NCBI GenBank assembly: GCA_950097015.1
Contig: CATNEN010000005.1
Location: 4,464,001-4,528,000 of the forward strand
Length of the DNA: 64,000 nucleotides
Direction: 5' to 3'
Source: Macrostomum hystrix
Lineage: Eukaryota > Animalia > Platyhelminthes
The translations under genes and the position numbers were made by a program. Shown here in pieces: positions 1-10,879 of the stretch. A model generated the notes under the pieces. That model was not told the origin of the DNA, searched no databases, and saw nothing but the letters and a program-made list of their open reading frames with translations. Numbering within the stretch: the first letter of the stretch is position 1; the number at the start of each line of letters is the position of its first letter.

Positions 1-2
1 AT

Positions 3-356
3 TTCCATATGCGGCCGATCCTAACTGACTGGGTATTCACTGTGTTCGCCAAGAATCTGCCCTACGATCTGGCCTGCCGAATCTGGGATATGTTTGTCCA
101 CGATGGTGACGCATTCTTGTACAGAGCAGCTCTAGGTGTGCTCAGACTGCACGAGACGCGCCTATTAAGCATGGACTATAGCCAGATGATGGAACTATTG
201 AAGAACCCGCTGCCAGATTTGGACACCGAGTCTCTGTTTGACAATGTGAAAGCTATCGCTATGCGATTGGATAGTCGAGATCCAATGGATTTTGCTGCTC
301 TATTTGAACAGTGCCTACAAGATCTGAACAGTGATAGAGCATCTCTATCTTCTTGA
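3..356 (+). CDS. TBC1D14: Final exon (5'-truncated by window) of TBC-domain Rab-GAP, TBC1D12/TBC1D14-like
   Basis: Translation [39 protein letters not shown] resembles the C-terminal TBC helices of TBC1D12/14 ([34 protein letters not shown].L, recalled). Stop TGA at 354-356. TBC1D12 vs TBC1D14 cannot be resolved. Confidence 0.8.
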   Translation, partial: [117 protein letters not shown]

Positions 357-514
357 TTCTCTCGCTTACTCAATTCATTGGAAGCTCTCTTTTTGTGATG
401 ATTTTTCTATTTCCGTATATGTTTCAACTGCTCTACTTATAGTAAGCTGCTTTAAAGGAAATGATCAAGTGAAGTTAAAGTTTGCAGTAATGCTTGTCAA
501 TCTACCCTGGAAAA

Positions 515-1100
515 TTTAATGTATGTATCCCTCTTTTGCCCTAGGCGAGTGTCTATGTAACGCATGTTTTCATTTATTTCCCTAGGTGAATAAATCATTT
601 ATTTCCCGCTGCCCCGTGGGCTGATAAATTCGAGACAACAACCATAGACTAACAAAATTATACTTTTCATTTTTATTACTTAATTTTTCTAGTTCTTTAG
701 TACTTTAGTTCCCATTGACTTTTTGCTAGTTTGCCCGTGGCAATTACGGGGGATACATACCATATTTCCAGATTATTTTGTTGTTTGGAGGCAAAGGAAC
801 TCGGTGTCTCGATCATTCAATAATCGAGACACCTCGAGCCTTTGCCCGCTAGACAACAAAATAAATGGGAAATATTATACATGTATTCCCCGTTTGCCCG
901 CCAACGCAGTCTGTCTTAAAGCATTGCATTTATTCGCCCCGGGAAATAAATGATTTATGGACCGTTTACCATAGACAACTCACAGACGTTTGTGACTCGG
1001 TGCGACATTCATTGACCTCGGCTTCGACTCGGTCAATAAATTTGCGCCTCGAGCCTTCCACCCTAGGGAGCCGAAATGAATGGGAAATATTATACATTTA
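515..1100. mobile_element. Imperfect foldback / MITE-like palindromic element
   Basis: Central 11-bp stem GGTGTCTCGAT (803-813) / ATCGAGACACC (823-833). Imperfect arms 746-797 vs 838-892. Outer inverted match AATAAATCATTTATTTCCCG (589-608) vs CGGGAAATAAATGATTTAT (939-957). Outer limits approximate. Confidence 0.45.
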
Positions 1101-1832
1101 TTCCACAGTTTAATGTCGCCGGACCAGAAAAATATTCATCTGTCCTGGCTAGAAAAATTTCAACGGCCGAATAAGTAAATTTATCTGGTCTATGGGTCAA
1201 TGTGGGGAATAAATATTTTTTGATGTATATATCACATGCATATATATTGAACATGTCGATTCTTTTTGTCTGCCGTTCATAGTAAAAAATGCACACACTG
1301 ATCTGCGCACATGTAGGTAAATTTAAATTCCCCACACGAACGCACACAAACGAAAAGTAGATTAGCACTTTACACACTTCACCGCAACTCGCTTAACGCA
1401 TAGCATCTAGCGGAAACATTGTATTTATTTAATAAACTAACTTTTTTTAAGTCTACGCTTTGTGTTACGTGTAGTTTTCAGTTGGCTGTGACTGTATGTA
1501 ATTTTTCTGTACTTATTGTGTATTCGTTTTTACCTGATCTATAATTACTACGATTAATATGATCTCAGACTGATAATTAAGACTCCACTTTTTAGAACAC
1601 TGTGCAACTATTCTCTCTGTCGCTAAATTAGCTCACGATTTTTTCATTGAAATAAGTTTTTTGTGCCTTCCATCACTGAGCTGTCACCGCATTGTAGCTG
1701 CTTGCATTCACTTCAACTGATGCTCATCTCGTATATCATTTGTTGCGTCTAAGATGATTTCAATCAGTTATTATTTTAAATCCTGGGATTGCTGGTAAAA
1801 ACTTTTAGTTACAAAGCTACCTATCTTTAGAC

Positions 1833-3090
1833 TTCGCCTGTATCGACCTGTCTTTAGTCTTCACCTGTATCGACCTGTCTTTAGTCTTCACCTGTATCGA
1901 CCTGTCTTTAGTCTTCACCTGTATCGACCTGTCTTTAGTCTTCACCTGTATCGACCTGTCTTTTGTCTTCACCTGTATCGACCTGTCTTTAGTCTTCGCC
2001 TGTATCTACCTGTCTTTAGTCTTCACCTGTATCGACCTGTCTTTAGTCTTCACCTGTATCTACCTGTCTTTAGTCTTCACCTGTATCGACCTGTCTTTAG
2101 TCTTCACCTGTATCGACCTGTCTTTAGTCTTCACCTGTATCGACCTGTCTTTAGTCTTTACCTGTACCTACCTGTCTTTAGTCTTTACCTGTACCTACCT
2201 GTCTTTAGTCTTTACCTGTACCTACCTGTCTTTAGTCTTTACCTGTACCTACCTGTCTTTAGTCTTTACCTGTACCTACCTGTCTTTAGTCTTCACCTGT
2301 ACCTACCTGTCTTTAGTCTTCACCTGTACCTACCTGTCTTTAGTCTTCACCTGTACCTACCTGTCTTTAGTCTTCACCTGTATCGACCTGTCTTTAGTCT
2401 TCACCTGTATCGACCTGTCTTTAGTCTTTACCTGTACCTACCTGTCTTTAGTCTTTACCTGTACCTACCTGTCTTTAGTCTTTACCTGTACCTACCTGTC
2501 TTTAGTCTTTACCTGTACCTACCTGTCTTTAGTCTTTACCTGTACCTACCTGTCTTTAGTCTTCACCTGTACCTACCTGTCTTTAGTCTTCACCTGTACC
2601 TACCTGTCTTTAGTCTTCACCTGTACCTACCTGTCTTTAGTCTTCACCTGTACCTACCTGTCTTTAGTCTTCACCTGTACCTACCTGTCTTTAGTCTTTA
2701 CCTGTACCTACCTGTCTTTAGTCTTCACCTGTACCTACCTGTCTTTAGTCTTCACCTGTACCTACCTGTCTTTAGTCTTCACCTGTACCTACCTGTCTTT
2801 AGTCTTCACCTGTACCTACCTGTCTTTAGTCTTCACCTGTACCTACCTGTCTTTAGTCTTCACCTGTACCTACCTGTCTTTAGTCTTCACCTGTACCTAC
2901 CTGTCTTTAGTCTTCACCTGTACCTACCTGTCTTTAGTCTTCACCTGTATCTACCTGTCTTTAGTCTTTACCTGTATCTACCTTTCTTTAGTCTTCACCT
3001 GTATCGACCTGTCTTTAGTCTTCACCTGTATCGACCTGTCTTTTGTCTTCACCTGTAACTACCTGTCTTTAGTATTCACCTGTCTCTACC
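1833..3090. repeat. 27-bp minisatellite (CACCTGTAYCKACCTGTCTTTAGTCTT), ~46 copies
   Basis: Direct reading; lies between the convergent TBC and membrane-protein genes. Confidence 0.97.
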
Positions 3091-3585
3091 TTAAAAAGCG
3101 TCGAAAATTGTGGGAAATTTTGCGGAACAATACAAAAAAATATTCCACTGTGCAACATCATTTTTATTTAAAATAATTTCATAGTCTTTTAAGATTGACA
3201 TGTGTATTTTTATATTGACTTTTTTCTTTTATAACGATGGTCCTTCTATGTTATTAAATCTATAGTACTTGCTCTCTTTTAAACCTATTTTTATCTACTC
3301 GTATGCTAATTTTCAGTCCACATGCGCACGCCCTCAACGTATGCATTCACTCACGTTCATTCAATAACTATGCAGATCTAATAATTCAATGCCAGTCTAA
3401 TTATAATATCAATAATAAACTATAATAATAAACGTTTCTTGTATATTTGTCAACATTTTTTGTTGTCTAGAAAAATAATTATCGAGTAGATTATGGCTGC
3501 AGCAGGGTTCGCAAATAGTTTAGATTCGAACATTGTAAAACAAAAGAACTTTTTATAGTTTTTTATCATTCAAATGAAAATTTTA

Positions 3586-4407
3586 TCATTTAAATTCGAA
3601 TAATTCCTTTTCCAGCGAATTTAGAAATTGACTTGTATCATATTTTATGTTCCTGGGTTGAAAAAAATTTCTGAGAATCTTAGGTGCAATGACCAGGTAG
3701 ATCAGATTCTGCATGGCTGCATAGACTAGTACAGCAGCAACACAGCCCCGGATGATGAAGCCGACTTTAGTCCTGCGATCCTTGATCAGAAAGTCTGAGG
3801 TGAAGGCCAGAAACATTGCGATCGTGTCCCATTTAAACGAGCCAGATGCTACTATCTGTTTGACAGGAAAGCTGACCTCATGATAGAAGTCCAAGATTGG
3901 GTCAGCTTCTCTAGCAATATTTAAATGTTCGTCTTTGTAGAACATGGTCTCAAATGTTTCTTTGGGAAAGAAAAAATATTCTGTTATGTACATGCTCAGC
4001 GGGTGACCCTTGGACGCATAGAGCTCCGTCTGATCTGTGAAGATGGAGATCACTGTTGCACTAATCGTGTAGATGTACCAGTCGCTAGCAATATAGGGGC
4101 CTATTTTAAAGTTGAAGACAGTGCTAAAGAATTTTAGAAAATAGTCGAAACAGTAGAAGACGATTATCAGGACAAAGTAGCGGCACAGAGAGCGCAAACA
4201 ATGAACTACAAAGAATAGGAGGCACTCGCTTAACGATTCGAACGGCTTGCTGCTCTTGAACGATAGCAGGCGATGAAATCGAGCAGAACGAACAAACAGT
4301 TTGCCTCGAGCGGGATATAGTATGCGGCAGAATAGCATTGTTAGGGGCAACATCAACAGGCTGCGAACTGCAAACCGTTCTGGCATGTAGGTGTTGTACT
4401 TTAACGG
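3586..4407 (-). CDS. Exon 2 (last) of uncharacterised multi-pass membrane protein
   Basis: 266-aa ORF stays open upstream to acceptor CTAATTTTTTCAG (AG at 4409-4408). Phase 0, joins exon 1 as ...MKGAALT|PLKYNTYMPERF... Several hydrophobic segments. Confidence 0.75.
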   Translation of the reverse strand, partial: PLKYNTYMPERFAVRSLLMLPLTMLFCRILYPARGKLFVRSARFHRLLSFKSSKPFESLSECLLFFVVHCLRSLCRYFVLIIVFYCFDYFLKFFSTVFNFKIGPYIASDWYIYTISATVISIFTDQTELYASKGHPLSMYITEYFFFPKETFETMFYKDEHLNIAREADPILDFYHEVSFPVKQIVASGSFKWDTIAMFLAFTSDFLIKDRRTKVGFIIRGCVAAVLVYAAMQNLIYLVIAPKILRNFFQPRNIKYDTSQFLNSLEKELFEFK

Positions 4408-4577
4408 CTGAAAAAATTAGTCAGTCATGAGACGTAGTAAATAACCAGTTCATAATTTAAAATAATAATCCATAACAAAGACTACTGCAAGAAGGGCGTT
4501 GCACTCGCTATTTCTAGGAACATCTTTCAAGGCCAACCCTTCTTGAGACCGCGCACCTGTGTTAGAACTTGAGTCTA

Positions 4578-4924
4578 TATGTAGAAGATAAAGCATGGCT
4601 TTTGAAGGAGCTATTTGTATAAATCCCGAGGGCCTTCTTTTGAGGGAGCTATTTGTATAAATCCCGAGGGCCTTCTTTTGAGGGAGCTATTTGTATAAAT
4701 CCCGAGGGCCTTCGGCTCTCGAATAGCTCCCGAATAAAGCCATGCTTTATCTCATTACCAGTGGCGTTTCTGCGGGATTATATTGAAGCTGAAATTACAG
4801 CCATAGACGATATTAAGCAAACCCAATAGACAGTCGCGCTCCGGGATTATATTTCAAATAGGCCGAAGGCCCTCGGGATTTATACAAATAGCTCCCTCAA
4901 AAGCCATGCTTTATCTTCTACATA
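4578..4924. mobile_element. MITE with ~60-bp terminal inverted repeats and TA ends (Tc1/mariner-type non-autonomous element)
   Basis: TATGTAGAAGATAAAGCATGGCTTTTGA.GGAGCTATTTGTATAAATCCCGAGGGCCTTC at the left end and its reverse complement at 4865-4924; no ORF. Confidence 0.8.
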
Positions 4925-5264
4925 AAACATAGATATAAGGACTTCCAGTCGACTTATGCGGGATGCGAGTTATTATATGGCGCTGTAACTTGGCGCTCTC
5001 CGCGCACCAGAATCACTGTTTTCATTGATTCAGCGATTTTTTTTAAATCACCGACTGATGTTTTCAATCCTGAAGAAATATACTGGTTGCTTTTTGCATA
5101 CTTTCTTGCGTCAGTTTTACGACGATATCTATTTAAAGAGTAAATGTGATCAGAGATAAGCCTTGTCTATGGTTATTTCGATTTTGCTTTTACGATGCGA
5201 ATGGCTTCTTGGTCCAAGTTCGGCAAAATTCTTGAGCACCAGTAGGTTTTGAGTACTCACGTTT

Positions 5265-5547
5265 GGGTGAGTGCCGGTACAATCTGTGCTTCTCGTACAA
5301 AAGTTAATCATTTGGGAGAGAAGGCTTGGGGACTTGTCGTGCAATTTTCGCTATTGAGGGCCAAACTGCACAAGGCACTGTCAGATTTTGCACTGCCTTA
5401 CGATGAGAAGGTCAGCAGGGCAGATGTTACTCCTCCCGAGTATGTTTTCAGGAGTCAGCAGAATGGGCAGAATTGCCTCTCTGGCCTACGGGTCAACTGT
5501 CACCATATGATGCCATGCAGTGTCGACAGCCCTCCTGCAAAAATATT
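5265..5547 (+). mobile_element. SINE family A copy (degenerate head)
   Basis: Shares body AGAAGGCTTGGGG.CTTGTCGTGCAATTT...GATGAGAA.GTCAG...GGGCAGAATTGCCTC...CCTCCTGCA with copies at ~14020, 24515, 38843 and 44288. Confidence 0.8.
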
Positions 5548-5553
5548 ACTCAC

Positions 5554-7185
5554 CGTTAGAGCGGCACCCTTCATGTCTAGCAGGGTGCTGTTGTATTTGT
5601 TTTCGTCAACACGGGTCCAGAAAATGTCAGATTCGCTAGGCATCCTAACCAGCATCAGGACGAATGTGCAAAACAGTTCGGCTTCGCTCATCTTGGCCAA
5701 GAAGGGCATGATCAGGATTAGAACATTGCATTGCGTTGCACAGATGGTAATTAGGATGACAATGCCTTCGATTGGGCTGACTTTAAGTAGAGATTCGAAG
5801 ATGGAGCCCACACTAGCAATGCCTATCTGCATTATTCCAGTTTGGTAGAGAAAAGCCGCTATAATGGCTGTGATGAGGCTGTTGAGCATAAATGACACCT
5901 TTTCTTTAGAGGCGCCAATTGAATTTACAAAAGGTATGTCCAGATATCTTTCAATGTCGGTGTAAACTGTAAAAAAGTCATTGTAAACCATCTTATTGAC
6001 GACGTTCTCCCTTTCTTGAAACATGTGAGACAGCACAGCGTTCTGCAGTATGAGGCAAAATATTAGCACCAGAAGCCATCTGCCAAATAAGCCAACAACG
6101 CTTATGTTTGCCGTTGAGCTAGAGAATAGAGCTGCGAATGACAGCAGAGCAAAAAAGTGCAGACAAAGAAACCCGGTCACTGCTGAGGTCCAAAGGGTCT
6201 GATTTATCAGGGTTTGATTTATCAGGATTTGATTTCCTGTATAGGGTCTAGCTTGCTGATATCTTACTTTCAGGTTGCCCAGTGTAACTATGGCAACTAT
6301 GATCAGCAGTATCGAGATAATAATTTTCACAAAGCTATCTCGCAGAGGTTGCAGCCCATCGCTGAAACGGTGGGCCCTCTTCAGTTTTTTTCCAGTTTGT
6401 AGCTTCAGGATTGGCCGTAGCAGTACTGCGTACATGCTCCTGATCTGGTACAGAAAGCAGTGCAAAATCAACCTTAAAATGGAGAAGGTGCTCCACCAGT
6501 TAGTTGTGTACCTCAGATTCTCCGAAATCAGCGTAGACTGCAGGCTTGGAATAGCGGAGTTGCTGAACAATTCCTTCATATCTTCGCTGGCCGATGTTTT
6601 CTTTTCCGGCACATTCTCCACGAAGTCTCGCTGACGAGCAGGGACAGGCATAGCAGACAGTCGTCCGAGACTTCTTTGCGCGCTGAATGTCTCGTTTGTC
6701 GTGCCGCTCTGGGTCTTGGAACCCTCCTTGTGCTGGTTTGTGTGCTGTCTGCAACTTTCGATTGCAGCTCGAGAGATTCTCACAATCTTTGAGTAGTCGG
6801 TGGCAATGGCGTAGAAGATTAAAGAGTAGCAGATGCAGATAACAACGAAATTGAACTGAAGCACTTTCTGGTTTGTTGGTCGATTGCCAGCCGTCAACAG
6901 CTCGTCAGCCATTCCGCTAGCAATTACGCCAATCAAGGCAACAGCTAATAAGAAGAAGAAAAATAGAAGCAATCTTGGTCCAATCTTGAGCAAGTGTCGA
7001 AACAGAAAGCAAATCAGTTCGTTGGCTCGATAGATACAATTTGTTGGACTTGGCTTCCGGAATAGCTTCAAAATCGTGCGCTCGTCTAAACAGTTCTGAC
7101 TGCTAGTGAACTCTGCTATGTCCTCCGTATTGAGCTGTTGAGCAGATTGCCTCTGTCTGAGACAGCTAGGATACTCGGAATGCAT
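5554..7185 (-). CDS. Exon 1 of uncharacterised multi-pass membrane protein (~817 aa in total)
   Basis: 1632-nt (544-codon) open frame ending at donor ACG|GTGAGT (GT at 5553-5552), phase 0. In-frame stop upstream of ATG 7185. Many hydrophobic helices. Confidence 0.8.
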
Positions 7186-7736
7186 TTGCTTGACTTATTT
7201 AATTGTCTGATAGAGTGGCTTAAAACTTGCACAATATAATACAATAGCTAGCTAGCATCCCAAAGCACTGCATTCGCTCTACATGCGTTTGTCTTCATAA
7301 GCGACTACCTTTCAACCATAGACTATCGTTGTACAGACAAGTAATTTTTCATTCATTATTATAAGTACTTTTATATTCTAACCTAAATGAAAATATTCTA
7401 ATATTTACGCTGTAGGATTAATATATCGCCGCTGAGTGCTGAGACCGTTAAAGTTCAAAGCGGCGATATATTAATTGCATTGTAATATGCAAGCTGGGCC
7501 ATAGACACTTTAACGTTAGTAAACTTGTTAAAGTTGTATGCTTCATCTGTTCCACTTTTGAAATAAACTGTTTTTGTGCTTGTAGCGTTATAGACGCACG
7601 CTAAATGCGTTACACGCATGATGAAAACGCTTAGCGCGGTTGAGTTTCTACCATAGACTACTTGCGTTAAACTACAACAGTTCGCAATCTATTTTCACGG
7701 GAGTACTTTGCTGTTCAATAATTAATCATTTCTTAA

Positions 7737-8482
7737 TATAGCTTTTTGCAAATGAATTCAGCCTATCTGCAAAACCTTTCAGCCAGCCAGGGCCAGCCCA
7801 TTGAGTGGAAGCCAGAATTCCCCATAGACAACTGGCTCATCCCGCAGAACTTTTTGCAAATCAATTCAGCCTATCCGCAAAACCTTTCAGCCAGTCAACT
7901 TAACGTTATTTGTCGCAGTGGCAGTCCCCCATAGAACACCAGTGAGAAAAGTTACGTAGGGTGCTTTCTGCATAGACAACTTGCTTCTGCTACCCACAAA
8001 GCCGCAAAACCTTTCATCCAAACTCCATCAATAGAGTTCATCAATAGAGTTTATAACATGATTCGTGGTGCCTACAATCCCGTGTCGAACGAAGACAGGA
8101 CCAGGTTGGTATCAGCGTACGAAGAGGGACGCGATTGGGTCGGACTGGCTGATGTCCTTGGAGTGAAACGAAAAACGGCTAGGACTGTCATCTCCGTGTA
8201 CAATCGGGAAGGGCGCGTGGCAAAGCTACCTGCAGCTGCATGGTGGACGGCCAAATGTGATGCTACCACATCAGATGGAGTCTGTCAGGCAACTTCTGGA
8301 GACATGTATTGGCTTGCATGCAGTTAAAAATTGGCATTGGACGAATTATATTGCAGATTGGCTGAATTGTTCTGCGGGATGAGCCAGTTGTCTATGGGGA
8401 ATTCTGGCTTCCACTCAATGGGCTGGCCCTGGCTGGCTGAAAGCTTTTGCAGATAGGCTGAATTCATTTGCAAAAAGCTATA
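7737..8482 (+). mobile_element. Internally deleted IS630/Tc1/mariner-superfamily DNA transposon (114-bp TIRs, N-terminal HTH remnant)
   Basis: TIRs 7737-7850 and 8369-8482 differ at one position and end in TA. ORF 8058-8327 (YNPVSNEDRTRLVSAYEEGRDWVGLADVLGVKRKTARTVI) resembles a transposase N-terminal HTH. A shifted frame gives GGRPNV, like the inter-HTH GRPR-type motif. Confidence 0.8.
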
Positions 8483-9595
8483 GTTGAAAGACAACGCTAT
8501 TTCACGATAGCTCCCAAACCGAACGAACAATTTTCGTGAAATTGCATCATTTGTGTCAAAATGTTCTGATATCGATATTTCTCGTTCTTATTGTGTGTTC
8601 TATAAGCAATGACTGGCCCTCGATCACGTCCTTATTGCTGATCCAGAGGTCGAAACTCGAGTGGTGTCAGATCGATGGCCGATGCAGGGCAGTTAAAGAG
8701 ATTTCGTATCTAGACGGACTGCTAGACCTTCAAGGGCTACAGATGGTGGAAATAGGTCACTATGGACACCCTGGCGCGAATTTCTCGAATTTCCATTTAG
8801 TTTAGCTATATACAGTCAGAAACAATACCTTTTAAACACTGGATCGATGTCATAATTTTATAGGTCTGTTATATTATTATTTTCTGACACGCAGGCAGAT
8901 AATTAAGTCATGTGTAGTAAGAAAGTCAGTGTTTAAAAACAATTTTTGGTGTTAAAACTGTCACAATGGTGCTAGAAGACGTGCAAAATAATTTAAGCTA
9001 CTATGAGTACAAGTTGCTCTCATAGTTCTAATTGCGCTGCTAACATTCCGTTAAACAATAAGTAGTACAACAAGCACATGTGTGTGTCAATGAGGATTTA
9101 CTGTGTACAAAAGAACAAAATACGAACAGGAATAAGTTAGAGTGAACAATGCATGATTTTAAATTGGTTATATTAGTGACGAGAAGTTACATGCAAAATC
9201 TTCACTATTTTGATGCTTTTAAACGTCTGTAATCGTTAAATTTTTACGATGAGCAAATTGGTGTCATTGATATGGATTGCAGGTAATAATATGAAATTAG
9301 ACTTTTTTACAAAGGTGATAATTAACTTATTAGTGATGCATATACTGTTAGAAGAAAATCCAATAAAAGCTATGGACAGAAAAATGGTTTAAGCAAAGCA
9401 ACGAGTTCAGAACTGAGTAAAATATCTTTAACTTAAAATTCTTATCCGAGCGTATTATAACAAAGAAACATAAAATTGATAAGCGAGACATACTACTCAG
9501 ACTGGCCCATGAACCGTGACCAATTCAAATTTAATCCTGCAATGCAATACTGATTGCATTGGTGAGTATTTCGCATTGTGTTTAAAGACCCATCG

Positions 9596-9981
9596 CTACA
9601 GAATGCTGGTCGGACCATAGCATGGTGGATTGGGCTGGTGACTAGCGGCCAGCGTCAAAGTGCCTCCGCTGCTCAGGTAGGCGCCGTGTTGCACAAATCT
9701 CGGCTGTTGAATCGGCGCCTGAAATTGCTGTTGAAAGGCGCGAAATTCGTCGTCTAGATCGTCGTTATTAGCGACCGGATGCGACCGTCGGTGCCTGGTC
9801 TCATGGTCCATGCTGGTGGGCGTGCCGTGGCCGCCTTTGCGTTGACGAACCAGATGAAGGACGTACAGAAGGCAGGATAGAATGATCACGATCCCGACTA
9901 GAGCAGAGCCGGTTATGAGCAGACTGCGGGCACTGTGCTCCGCCTCCAGATGCTGACTCGGCATTCGACGATTTGGGTCGT
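9596..9981 (-). CDS. NPHS1: Nephrin-like gene exon 8: TM helix and cytoplasmic tail
   Basis: Acceptor AATCCTTAG (G at 9982), phase 1. TM LLITGSALVGIVIILSCLLYVLHLV followed by RQRK. Stop TAG at 9598-9596. Confidence 0.8.
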
Positions 9982-10075
9982 CTAAGGATTTTTCAGCGCG
10001 TTGTTTCATGCAATCAAATATTAAAGGGGAACTTTGTGAGGATTTCGACGTCTAACTGCTAGCCTGCTGATCACA

Positions 10076-10285
10076 GTATTCACTCTGCCTCTCTCTCAAG
10101 CTTTTCACTCTGCCTCTCTCTCAAGCTTTTCACTCTGCCTCTCTCTCAAACTTTTCACTGCCTCTCTCTCAAACTTTTCACTCTGCCTCTCTCTCAAACT
10201 TTTCACTCTGCCTCTCTCTCAAACTTTTCACTCTGCCTCTCTCTCAAGCTTTTCACTCTGCCTCATTATCTTTTCACTCTCTATT
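10076..10285. repeat. 25-bp minisatellite (CTTTTCACTCTGCCTCTCTCTCAAR), ~8 copies
   Basis: Direct reading; nephrin intron 7. Confidence 0.92.
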
Positions 10286-10879
10286 CATCATATATTAAGT
10301 CATCCCTCATAGATTTTTTATTGAATTGAGTCAGCAAAGTCGTCAGTCAGAATGGGCTGGTGAAATTAAGCAATCCCTTGAACTACTTATCACTCGCCTT
10401 GTCTTGTTGACTCAAACTCTGAAGCTGCAACTCAAATTTCAGAGAGCAGCCATCAAAGTGTACCAGCGTGCAACAGAGCAGAGTGAATTTTGGGTAGAGA
10501 AAACACTAATTATAATAAACAAAGATTTTCTGAAAATGTAGATTTGAATTACTATGAGCTACGTCTCAATTTTCTTTCAAGAATACTTTAGAATCCGGTT
10601 TCAGAAATCAATCAACTTTTCTGAGTTTTTCAGTGTTTTACTTACTCTTGGTGAAGTCTTTATCTAAATGTGATGTTTATTTTTAAACGGCTCACCTGGA
10701 GTGACGAATGTCACCAGCCTGCCAAAACGGACCGTGTGGTTTGGGAATAGATCGTTTGTAGTTGTCAGTTGCAACTCGTAAGTTGTTGACGGCATCAGAT
10801 CTAAGAATTGTGTTAGGCATTAGCAGTGGGCATTAATGTTTCATTAAATAACATCACATTGTCATCAACTGCCACAATC

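Noticed and set aside
6290-6360. PLRDSF and later ETFETMFY suggesting a DPY19 mannosyltransferase
   Set aside because: Only short isolated motifs; surrounding conserved DPY19 residues are not evident. Needs a profile search.
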